Positions 56,229 to 64,000 of a DNA stretch of 64,000 nucleotides are shown one piece after another. The notes under the pieces are model-generated. The model made no database searches. It worked only from the letters and a program-made list of their open reading frames with translations, and was not told the DNA's origin. The position numbers and the translations under genes are program-made. The stretch covers positions 1,241 through 65,240 of the forward strand of contig JAHLWH010000091.1 in the NCBI GenBank assembly GCA_019058015.1, written 5' to 3'. The DNA is from Promethearchaeota archaeon (GTDB taxonomy: Archaea; Asgardarchaeota; Lokiarchaeia; Sigyniarchaeales; SOKP01). The first letter of the stretch is position 1. Each line of letters opens with the position of its first letter.

Positions 56229-56483
56229 TGTATTTTACCAATTTGTTTTAATTTAATATTTTTTTTTATTGTTAATATAAAATTACATATATTTTTGGCT
56301 TTATAATTTTATATTTTTTAGTGAATATTTTCACGTTTTTTATGTAATTTACTTAAAGTTAATTTATATAAACTAGTTGATCTATTTATATGTTTTTATC
56401 TAATTCGATATTAAATGAATGCTTTATGGTTCAGAGATGAAGAAATTATTACCACTTATTGAAAAAAATCTTAGAGTTTTCCG

Positions 56484-56501
56484 ATTTGTATTAATACAAA
56501 T
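56484..56501. repeat. Perfect 18-bp palindrome ATTTGTATTAATACAAAT in the actin / radical-SAM divergent intergenic region
   Basis: Read directly from the sequence: ATTTGTATT and AATACAAAT are exact reverse complements. Function is unknown. Confidence 0.6.
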
Positions 56502-56646
56502 ATCTCGATTATTAGATAAAAAAATCTAAAAAAAATTTAAATATTAATATTTAATGAATTTCTAAATACTAGAAATATTAATGATAATTTCTCATTGTAT
56601 AGCATTGAGAAAAAAATGAAAAATTAACCGTAAAAGAAAGAATATT

Positions 56647-57549
56647 ATGTTAACTGGAATTCATTTTCTTCTAACTTATGCCTGCAATTTTGAATGTGAC
56701 CACTGTTTTTTGCACTGTAATCAGAAATCAGAAGGAACGTTCACACTTAAGCAAATAAGGAACGTTCTTGATGAGGCAACCAAAATTAAAACGATAGAAT
56801 GGATTTATTTTGAAGGTGGGGAACCATTTCTTTACTATCTGCTGATGCTTGAGGGGATAAAAATTGCACGTAATAAAGGATTTAAGGTTGGCATAGTAAC
56901 AAATTCATATTGGGCAACAGCTATTGAAGATGCCTCACTTTGGCTTAAACCAATCCGAGATCTTGAAGTTTCGGATTTCAGCGTTAGTGATGACTTATAT
57001 CATTTTGAAGAAGATAAAGAAAATCTCGCAAAAATAGCTTTCACGGCTGGGAAAAAACTGAATTTACCTATGAATTCAATAACTATTGAGGAACCTACAG
57101 TTGAAGTTGAAAAAAACAAGAAACAAGAAAAAGGAGCACCAGTTATTGGCGGAGGTGCTATGTTTAGAGGAAGAGCTGTCGAAAAGTTGATTGAAGGATT
57201 ACCTCTAAGATGGTGGGAAGAATTTAACCAATGTTCCTATGAAGATTTAGGAGATCCTGGGAGAATTCACGTTGATTCGTATGGAAATGCCCATCTATGC
57301 CAAGGGTTGAGTTTAGGTAATATTTGGGAAAAACCCTTATCACAGTTGATTAAGAAATATAATGCAGATTCACATCCAATCTGCGGACCTTTAATTAGAG
57401 GAGGTCCTGCCCAATTAGTTAAGGAATATGATATTAAACATGAAGATAAATATGTTGATGAATGTCATTTATGTTACCTTGCTCGCTTAGCGTTAATAGA
57501 TAAGTTTCCTAGATATCTTACACCAAGACAGGTATATGGATTAGAATAG
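56647..57549 (+). CDS. Radical SAM enzyme with SPASM/twitch-like Cys-rich C-terminal region
   Basis: CNFECDHC is a CxxxCxxC motif at aa 13-20, and GGEPFL is present. The C-terminal pattern is HVDSYGNAHLCQGLSLGNIWEKPLSQLI plus extra Cys residues (QCSYE, HPICGP, DECHLC). Confidence 0.8.
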   Translation: MLTGIHFLLTYACNFECDHCFLHCNQKSEGTFTLKQIRNVLDEATKIKTIEWIYFEGGEPFLYYLLMLEGIKIARNKGFKVGIVTNSYWATAIEDASLWLKPIRDLEVSDFSVSDDLYHFEEDKENLAKIAFTAGKKLNLPMNSITIEEPTVEVEKNKKQEKGAPVIGGGAMFRGRAVEKLIEGLPLRWWEEFNQCSYEDLGDPGRIHVDSYGNAHLCQGLSLGNIWEKPLSQLIKKYNADSHPICGPLIRGGPAQLVKEYDIKHEDKYVDECHLCYLARLALIDKFPRYLTPRQVYGLE

Positions 57550-57700
57550 CAATAAAGGAAATAAGAAATCAAATTGAATTGAAAAATTTGGCTATTGCAT
57601 ACTTTTAAATATCTTCTTCTGATATTATCTAATGTTTAAAAATCAAAAAATTTTGAATTAACGGATCAAGAATTAATTTTTTCATAATTTTTATTATTGG

Positions 57701-57883
57701 ATGTTATCAATGGGTTATTTCCAATTAAAATATTTGTGGCATACGGATTCTGTAATAAAGGATAAGGAGAAAAAAATTAAAGAATTAAAACAAAAAATAA
57801 ATCAATTAGAAAAGCAAATTTTTAATTTAAAAAAGCAATTAAACATAAAAAATAGTCAGTTAGAAGAATCAAAAACTGGATAA
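57701..57883 (+). CDS. Small coiled-coil ORF (doubtful)
   Basis: 60 aa and K/E/Q-rich (KDKEKKIKELKQKINQLEKQIFNLKKQL). This composition is what AT-rich DNA yields by chance. Confidence 0.15.
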   Translation: MLSMGYFQLKYLWHTDSVIKDKEKKIKELKQKINQLEKQIFNLKKQLNIKNSQLEESKTG

Positions 57884-57993
57884 GAAAAGAGTTAAAAAAA
57901 AAACCTTCAGATCTATAATTCTATTAAGATTTTTCTCTATTCTCTATCATCATATATTAAAAATGAAAGAAAAATTTTAAGTATAATAAAGAT

Positions 57994-59130
57994 TTAGCGT
58001 GTTATTATTAATTCTTCTAATCCTTCTCTCATTTTTTTAACTTTTGGTTTTTCGAAGTGTTCTCGAGCAGACTTCAAAATATCAATTATCTTATTTGCAA
58101 TGCCATTTTTTAGGTCGAGTGGATGAATTTTTTTATCTAAAAATGCATCTTCCAATTCTTGGTAGGAAAAAAATTCTATATCGCCACCATATTGCGCAGA
58201 CCTCTCGATCAGAAAATGAGAGTCTTTTTCTCTGAAGATAATTGATTTTGCCCAATCTAAAATTGGATTAAATGTTATATTCCCTTCAGGACAGAATGCA
58301 GAATTTATTTTTTCTCTTATTTCTTGAGGGTTATCATGAATGAAGACAGCTGATTTTGGAATTGATTTGCTCATTTTCATTTTAGCCCATAATTCTTGCA
58401 GTTGAGATTCATCTGATATTGGCCATATTGGTGGTTTTTGTAAGCCTAATATTAAATGATGATGGACGCAAATAGGCTTAATTTTTTCACCTGTTGTATT
58501 AACAAGGTTATTCTTCCTCATTTTCATTGCAACATCTCGAGCAATCACATGAGCTTTTCTTTGATCATAACCAGCGTGAGCAAAATTAATATTTTGGATA
58601 AAAATATCCGCAACTTGCATAGCTGGGTATAATAATTTTGCGAAATCGATATTTTCTCCATTTTTCCTCCCCATTATTGTAATACTCCTTTGCATTCTAT
58701 GTAATGTGGTATTTTTACAAACATCGATGACTGTCTCCCAATAATTGTCGTTGTAATGGTATAACTCTGTGCCAAGCGTAAAATTAACCTTATCTGGGTC
58801 AGCCCCAACGCACAGTAAGCTTGCCTTTAACCCTTCTTTAAAATATCCAACTGCAACTTCCTTAATTTTTTCCATATCACCTCCCAATTTGTCATTGATA
58901 TAGCTAGGGTAATCAGCTAGGAAAATTGAGCATTTTATTCCAGCATCCAAGAAATCTTTAATTTTACCCATACAGATAATCCCTGTCCCTAAGTGAATCT
59001 TTCCCGAAACTTCAAAGCCAATATAATGATTTAGGGGGATCCCTGTCTCAAGATAAAGTTTTAAATCGTCATCAGTAAGTACTTCTTTAGTTCCTCTTTT
59101 AATTAAGTTAAATTTTTCTTCAACGTCCAT
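57994..59130 (-). CDS. tyrS: Tyrosine--tRNA ligase (archaeal type)
   Basis: HYIGFEVSGKIHLGT (HIGH region), YPAMQVADI, GYDQRKAHVIAR, KMKMSKS (KMSKS), NPQEIREKINSAFCPEG and HPLDLKNGIANKIIDIL run parallel to M. jannaschii TyrRS blocks recalled from memory. Confidence 0.8.
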   Translation of the reverse strand: MDVEEKFNLIKRGTKEVLTDDDLKLYLETGIPLNHYIGFEVSGKIHLGTGIICMGKIKDFLDAGIKCSIFLADYPSYINDKLGGDMEKIKEVAVGYFKEGLKASLLCVGADPDKVNFTLGTELYHYNDNYWETVIDVCKNTTLHRMQRSITIMGRKNGENIDFAKLLYPAMQVADIFIQNINFAHAGYDQRKAHVIARDVAMKMRKNNLVNTTGEKIKPICVHHHLILGLQKPPIWPISDESQLQELWAKMKMSKSIPKSAVFIHDNPQEIREKINSAFCPEGNITFNPILDWAKSIIFREKDSHFLIERSAQYGGDIEFFSYQELEDAFLDKKIHPLDLKNGIANKIIDILKSAREHFEKPKVKKMREGLEELIITR

Positions 59131-59394
59131 ATTAGGAAATAAAAATCCCCTCTTTAATTATTTTATTAATAACATGGGTTAAAAGCAAGTAACTTTTAAC
59201 TCCATTCTAATGGAGATTCTCTAATATTTTAAGATTACTTTTCTAAAACAAAGGATATAACAATTTTTCAACCTAAATTAGATGTTATTAATCCAATCCA
59301 TAAAAAAATTTAAATTGTTAATAAATAAAAATTATATAATTATCTGAATTCAATTAAATAAAGTGATTAAAAACCAAAATCAAGTGAATAAAAT

Positions 59395-60102
59395 ATGAGT
59401 GTAAAAACATTTTTCGAAAATCTTTGCTTGTTTGTGGGTGGAACTGTTTTAATCTTAGGAAATATATATCACGACTTTTTCTTTATCACTATAGGTTCAT
59501 TAATGGGAGTGGTGTCTCTTGTTCTAGCAATATTGATAACAATTGAAAAGAAAGATGAGGAGAATCTCAATGAAAAGATATATTATAATGCTCTCAATTA
59601 TCTCTATATCGTTGGAATAATTTTAACTATTGGATTCCCTACTACAGATCCTACAGTACAACGACTCTTATTTGATGTCGCATTGACTATTGCCACATTT
59701 ATGATTCTTATTTTTATATGGAATATTTTATATTTCAAATATAGCTTTATGAAAATTGATATAGCAGACACAGATTTTCGAGATCCAACTAAAAAAATAT
59801 TACTTCCTAGATTCCTTCTTGTATCATTACTCTTAGGCTTTATACTCGGAGGTATCAATTTCGTTATTAAATTGTTATATAGCTCTATTTATATTAGTAC
59901 TAGTTCAAGCGACACAGCTTTCAAGATATCAAGTTATATTTTACTTATAGTAGTGGCAGTATTCGTTTTAATACTAATCTTTTATCAAAAATTCCAGAAA
60001 ATAGGCGAAAAATTTAAAGAGACTAAAAAGGAAAAACCCAAGAAACCTACAAAAAACAAGGAAGAAACCAAAAAAGAAACACCTCCCCCTCCAGAAAAAT
60101 AA
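59395..60102 (+). CDS. Polytopic membrane protein with Lys/Pro-rich C-terminal tail
   Basis: 235 aa with about six hydrophobic helices. The tail is KETKKEKPKKPTKNKEETKKETPPPPEK. Confidence 0.45.
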   Translation: MSVKTFFENLCLFVGGTVLILGNIYHDFFFITIGSLMGVVSLVLAILITIEKKDEENLNEKIYYNALNYLYIVGIILTIGFPTTDPTVQRLLFDVALTIATFMILIFIWNILYFKYSFMKIDIADTDFRDPTKKILLPRFLLVSLLLGFILGGINFVIKLLYSSIYISTSSSDTAFKISSYILLIVVAVFVLILIFYQKFQKIGEKFKETKKEKPKKPTKNKEETKKETPPPPEK

Positions 60103-60163
60103 AAATTATAAAAAAAAATAAAATTAGAAGAAAATCCAAGTTATTTTTTATTTATTATTTATC

Positions 60164-60784
60164 TTAATTAATTGAAAGAACTTCCTTTATCTCTTCTAAA
60201 ATTTTTGTTTCATTTCGAAATTGGATTCCAACCATTCCAATTTGTTCAGCCACTTTCACATTTTTTCTGTTATCATCTATGAAAATGCATTCACTCGGCT
60301 TATAATTAATATGCTCTAATACATATAAAAATATTTTAAGGTCTGGTTTTATCATTCCAAGTTCATATGAGTAAAAAACTTGGTTAAAATGCTCTCGGAA
60401 GTCTATTATATTTTTTGCAAGAAATTCTACATGCAAGGGGTTGGTATTCGAAAGAGCAAAAACTTTATACTTCTTATCTTGTTTTATTTTTTTTATAAAA
60501 TCAAGAAGCTTATAGTTCAGTGAATCAAAAATGCTATTGAACATATTAAAAAATTCTTCTTTACCTACATCTTGAAATCGAAATCTTTTTTTCGCTTCTA
60601 TATAAAAATTTTCTTTAGAAAATAAGCCTTTATCAAATTTTTCGATTGGTTCCCATAGATCTTTATAAATATTAATCTCTTTATTGTCTGATACTGGGAG
60701 TATTTTCTTGTAAAAATCTCTCATATTCAGATTAACAATAACGTTGCCAAGATCAAAAATTAAAGCCTTGATGGTGTTGGTCAT
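60164..60784 (-). CDS. HAD-superfamily hydrolase (subfamily IA-like)
   Basis: Motif I is LIFDLGNVIV, motif II is ALSNTN, and motif III/IV is K...FIDDNRKNV. Confidence 0.75.
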   Translation of the reverse strand: MTNTIKALIFDLGNVIVNLNMRDFYKKILPVSDNKEINIYKDLWEPIEKFDKGLFSKENFYIEAKKRFRFQDVGKEEFFNMFNSIFDSLNYKLLDFIKKIKQDKKYKVFALSNTNPLHVEFLAKNIIDFREHFNQVFYSYELGMIKPDLKIFLYVLEHINYKPSECIFIDDNRKNVKVAEQIGMVGIQFRNETKILEEIKEVLSIN

Positions 60785-60886
60785 ATTTAAATAAAGTAAA
60801 GAATGAAAGGATTAAAACATTCTTTTTAAAACAATGTAGTAAAAAAATCTTGCCTTTATGTCTTAGTTGAACAGCGATAAATAAAA

Positions 60887-61399
60887 TTATGCACGTATAA
60901 TTACCTTTACTAACCCTTTTTTGCGTAACTTTTCCATCATTTGTTCAATTTCTTCTACAGACTTTTCAGCAATCGCGGCAACCTGTTCTAACGAGTTGTT
61001 TCCATCACAAATCTTCAAAACTTTATATTCTTCTTGAGTGAGCATTCCAAATTGTATTGAAATCTCTGAAACTTCTTTAACAACTATTGGAATTCGAGCA
61101 CCTACACCACCGTAGGATTCGGTAGCTGGAGCTTCACCATAAAATGCTTTGGCTCCTGTAATTTCATATTTATCATTTATATAAATATGGATATTATGTT
61201 CTTCCCAAGATCTATCATCTGTCTTATCGGGATCCGGATTTGGATTATGATGTGGATAACCCTTCGTATAAATACCAGTTTGAAGACCATTGTGAATTTC
61301 TTCTTTATCAATCGTTAATTGGACCATTTCTTGGCATATATCACACCAGACCCAAGCTTCTATCAATTTAAAGTATTTTCGTATTTTATTTCTAGACAT
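60887..61399 (-). CDS. Hypothetical protein: N-terminal Cys/His-containing domain plus C-terminal winged-helix-like domain
   Basis: 170 aa. WCDICQ is near the N-terminus, His-rich YPHHNPNPDP...EEHNIHIYI follows, and the C-terminal LTQEEYKVLKICDGNNSLEQVAAIAEKSVEEIEQMMEKLRKKGLVKV is HTH-like. Confidence 0.4.
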   Translation of the reverse strand: MSRNKIRKYFKLIEAWVWCDICQEMVQLTIDKEEIHNGLQTGIYTKGYPHHNPNPDPDKTDDRSWEEHNIHIYINDKYEITGAKAFYGEAPATESYGGVGARIPIVVKEVSEISIQFGMLTQEEYKVLKICDGNNSLEQVAAIAEKSVEEIEQMMEKLRKKGLVKVIIRA

Positions 61400-61572
61400 T
61401 GTTATCCTCCTTTATGAACTCATTTCAATCGCTTCTTTTTATGAAGATTAACTCAATAAATCATATTTTAATTAGTTAATTAATAAAATATTTGATAAAT
61501 ATTAATATGTTTTTAGAGTTCAAGTGATATATTAAAAATAGTTTTTTAAGCATTTAAATTTTAAATTCATTT

Positions 61573-62616
61573 CTAGGTGATTTTTTTCCTTTTACTTATT
61601 ATAATTATGAAGACGGCTCCAATTACTGAAGAAATAAAAAGTAAAGCCATCGGGTATCCGCTTATAGAAGTAATATGATCTCCATTACCATTACCACCAT
61701 TGGGGTCTTCTCCTGAAGCACAACCTGTTCCATTCCATCCTGCAATTCGCGCCATTAAACACCAGAGCGCTTTTCCTTTAATCTTGCAGCTCTCTAAAGT
61801 CGTGTGTCCAGCATCATTTCCATTGAATTGTTCATGCTCAGTTGGAATGTCTGTATTGTTAAATACATAGGTTTCTTGCTCATTACCATACCAACAATCA
61901 AGATCATCAAAATCAAATAACCATTTACCGTGTTCGAAACAATATTGTCGAATCTGTTCATTTCGTTGGTATCGATTATATCCCGAACTCCCATCTGCTT
62001 GTGCGTTTCCTGTCATATACACGAAAATAATGTTAGGGTAATCCGCTTCAAACGCCGTCATCTGATCTAGATACTCTTGAGTTTCAGTTTCTGAATAATG
62101 ATCTTGTTGGCAACAAAATGACCACATCGATACATTCACAGGATAATTATCCAATACGTACTTTGTGAGCGTAATTCCTGAAGGATCTCCCCATTAATCT
62201 TCTGGTCTTATATAAGTTTTATCTATTTGCCCATCAAGGATGCTAAACGCATCTGTATCGCTTGGAACGTTAGAAGAACTAATTGTATAACTAAAAGTGC
62301 TATTTTCATTTTCGATTAATTCTAAACCTTTTGTAAGTTGTCCACCGTGAGATGTATGAGCATAATGCAAATTCCAAGAGTTTTTTATATTAGCAGTTAA
62401 ATTTTCGGGGATGTTATTGATATTTGTGCAAGTATGGTTTACAGTTTTTAGCCAATTATTCGATGCCTTATTAGAGTGCAAGACATGATCATTTGTAGTT
62501 ATGGCTACTGAAATATGTACATCTACAAATAAAGGAATTAAAAGGCCGAAAAAGCATAATACAATTATTAAAATCAATTTTTGAAATGTTTTTTTGATCA
62601 ACAATATTCCACTCAA
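61573..62616 (-). pseudogene. Secreted/anchored protein gene interrupted by one in-frame TAA (pseudogene, sequencing error or readthrough)
   Basis: Track ORFs 62194..62616 and 61573..62154 are in the same frame. The minus-strand reading is ...[23 protein letters not shown](TTG)[12 protein letters not shown].... The N-terminus is a signal/TM segment (LILIIVLCFFGLLIPLF). The C-terminus is a TM segment plus a basic tail ([23 protein letters not shown]). Confidence 0.6.
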
Positions 62617-62850
62617 CTTAATGATACAAAAACTATAATAAAATGACTTTAAAAATATATGTTCGTCATAATCAATTGAATTGAAAAAAAATCAAATAAA
62701 ATATATTTAATAAACCAGCTTAAATGGAAATTATCCAAATTATATTTAAAATTAATTTTATCTCCTATTTTTCAATTTTTTTAAATGATTTAAGTATTTT
62801 GAGTCAAAAAAATAAAATATTAAAGTTATAGATAATTTTTTTAAATGATT

Positions 62851-63012
62851 ATGGAACAATGTTCTTGTTGTGGTCGAAAAATTACTCCATACGAAAACGC
62901 TGTTCATTTTCCATGTCCAAATTGCGGTGATGTAACAATTTGGCGTTGTGAAAAATGTAGAGAAGCGGGCAACAGTTATACTTGTATTAAATGCGACTTC
63001 TTAGGACCTTAA
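62851..63012 (+). CDS. Small double zinc-ribbon protein (53 aa), not in the supplied ORF track
   Basis: My own translation gives MEQCSCCGRKITPYENAVHFPCPNCGDVTIWRCEKCREAGNSYTCIKCDFLGP*. It has four CxxC pairs. The position immediately upstream of aEF-1beta matches the conserved archaeal Zn-ribbon/EF-1beta gene pair. Confidence 0.6.
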   Translation: MEQCSCCGRKITPYENAVHFPCPNCGDVTIWRCEKCREAGNSYTCIKCDFLGP

Positions 63013-63072
63013 TTAACTATATTTATCAAACTTATCTATATAATATTTAGATTTTAAGATGGTTACAAGGAA

Positions 63073-63342
63073 ATGGGAAAATTTTATGTTGTGATAATTG
63101 AGGTAATTCCAGAAGGTATTGATGTTGATTTTAATGGTATCGTGGAAGAATTAAAAAAAAGGCTTCCAGAAGGTACTTCACTCGTAAAATATGATCAAAT
63201 CCCAATCGCTTATGGATTAGAAAAATTGAGAGTGCAGGTAAAATTTCCAGAAGAAATGGGTTCAGCTGACTCAATTGAAGAAGATTGGGTTCAAATTGAA
63301 GGAATTCAACGTGTAGAAACAATTTTGATTTCAAAGGCGTGA
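63073..63342 (+). CDS. ef1b: Elongation factor 1-beta (aEF-1beta)
   Basis: 89 aa. VIIEVIPEGIDVDFNGIVEELKKRLPEGTSLVKYDQIPIAYGLEKL...IEGIQRVE parallels archaeal aEF-1beta (..IKVMPE..DVDL..L...I....PEG..L......PIAFGL..L). Confidence 0.9.
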   Translation: MGKFYVVIIEVIPEGIDVDFNGIVEELKKRLPEGTSLVKYDQIPIAYGLEKLRVQVKFPEEMGSADSIEEDWVQIEGIQRVETILISKA

Positions 63343-63378
63343 AAGTTAAAGTCTTGTCTATTTATTTTTTCTTCTCTC

Positions 63379-64000
63379 TTATCTCTCCTCTCTTTTATCC
63401 GAATAGTTCTTTTTGTTATTATCTTGCTGTAACCACTTAAGTAAACCTGTATCGCTAGGTAACTCTGTTAATACATTAATTCGATTTCTCTCATTTAATC
63501 GAGATTCAAGTGCATCTTGTTTAAATTTATATTTAGTATTTAAAAGTTCTTTACATTCTTCGGCTAATAATTTTAATTTTATTCGAGCATTCTTATCGAA
63601 AAAAGATTCTCTAGCAAGTTTGACAGCTTCATCAAATTCTCTCAAAAAGCGCCCCTCATATCCAACAAATTCCTTAAATGTATCAGGATTCATAATCTTA
63701 ACATTCTTCCGATAAGGAATATTTTTAGGAGGTGATATAATTTTTTCCTTACTAAATATTGGAACTAATATTAGCATTTTTTCTTTTCCTTGATAACTTT
63801 TATGACTTTTCTTGATGGCTCGTCTCTTGGAATATTTAAGATAATAATCAATATTAACCATTTCAATATTTTTGTATAGGTTTTTTAATTTTAAACTCTC
63901 TCTTAATTTAAAATCTATTAAACAACAATTATCACAATGATTTAAGTTATTTTTATCGCTTAATTTATTAGGATTGATCTCCCAATAAGAAAAACAACCT
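63379..64000 (-). CDS. Hypothetical protein, probably 5'-truncated by the window edge
   Basis: The track ORF starts at Met 63861. The same frame stays open for all 46 upstream codons to the window end (GCFSYWEINPNKLSDKNNLNHCDNCCLIDFKLRESLKLKNLYKNIE-MVNIDYY...). No family recognised. Confidence 0.4.
   Translation of the reverse strand, partial: GCFSYWEINPNKLSDKNNLNHCDNCCLIDFKLRESLKLKNLYKNIEMVNIDYYLKYSKRRAIKKSHKSYQGKEKMLILVPIFSKEKIISPPKNIPYRKNVKIMNPDTFKEFVGYEGRFLREFDEAVKLARESFFDKNARIKLKLLAEECKELLNTKYKFKQDALESRLNERNRINVLTELPSDTGLLKWLQQDNNKKNYSDKREER

Noticed and set aside
57701-57883. 60-aa ORF downstream of the radical SAM gene as a RiPP precursor peptide.
   Set aside because: It has no Cys/Ser/Thr-rich core and no leader-like motif. 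It is a K/E/Q coiled-coil-like sequence typical of random AT-rich ORFs, and it lies 150 nt away with no coupling signal.
62194-62196. In-frame stop as programmed recoding (selenocysteine or pyrrolysine).
   Set aside because: The codon is TAA. Sec uses UGA and Pyl uses UAG. I saw no SECIS-like or PYLIS-like structure.

Overview
The window is a strongly AT-rich, gene-dense archaeal chromosomal segment. I did not compute base composition. I call about 65 protein-coding genes, one intron-containing tRNA, and no rRNA, CRISPR array, transposase or integrase. The archaeal assignment rests on a four-subunit 2-oxoacid:ferredoxin oxidoreductase operon, aIF5A, aEF-1beta, RpoK/Rpo6, Hef, FEN1, Cdc48, SRP54, an archaeal-type TyrRS and a KEOPS Cgi121-like gene. 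The window also carries eukaryote-like signature genes: a bona fide actin very close to eukaryotic actin, a Rab/Ras-like small GTPase, a Roadblock/LC7 protein and ZPR1. Together these point to an Asgard (Loki-like) archaeon. Most of the window is housekeeping: purine, pyrimidine and NAD metabolism, tRNA modification, phosphate transport and TldD/PmbA. The parts that look non-standard are listed below.

- **Orphan 1098-aa gene (45694..48990):** it lies between hef and an intron-containing tRNA-Val. It combines a K/E-rich tail, HTH-like modules including three tandem ~87-aa repeats, and a C-terminal zinc-ribbon plus Vsr/PD-(D/E)xK-like nuclease module. This is my best candidate for something undescribed.
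- **Roadblock/LC7 gene:** its conserved N-terminal half has no canonical start codon.
- **Rab-like GTPase:** a zinc ribbon replaces the prenylation tail, and Glu replaces the catalytic Gln.
- **Secreted-protein gene:** it is interrupted by a single in-frame TAA.
- **Family-A phosphofructokinase:** it carries the PPi-specific Asp/Lys signature.
- **Radical SAM gene:** an orphan radical SAM/SPASM-like gene sits divergent from the actin gene.
- **Histidine kinase:** an orphan kinase with eight PAS domains.
- **HerA-like ATPase:** it is paired with a membrane protein and has no NurA, Mre11 or Rad50 nearby.

All functional calls come from motif and sequence recognition by eye. No database search was run.
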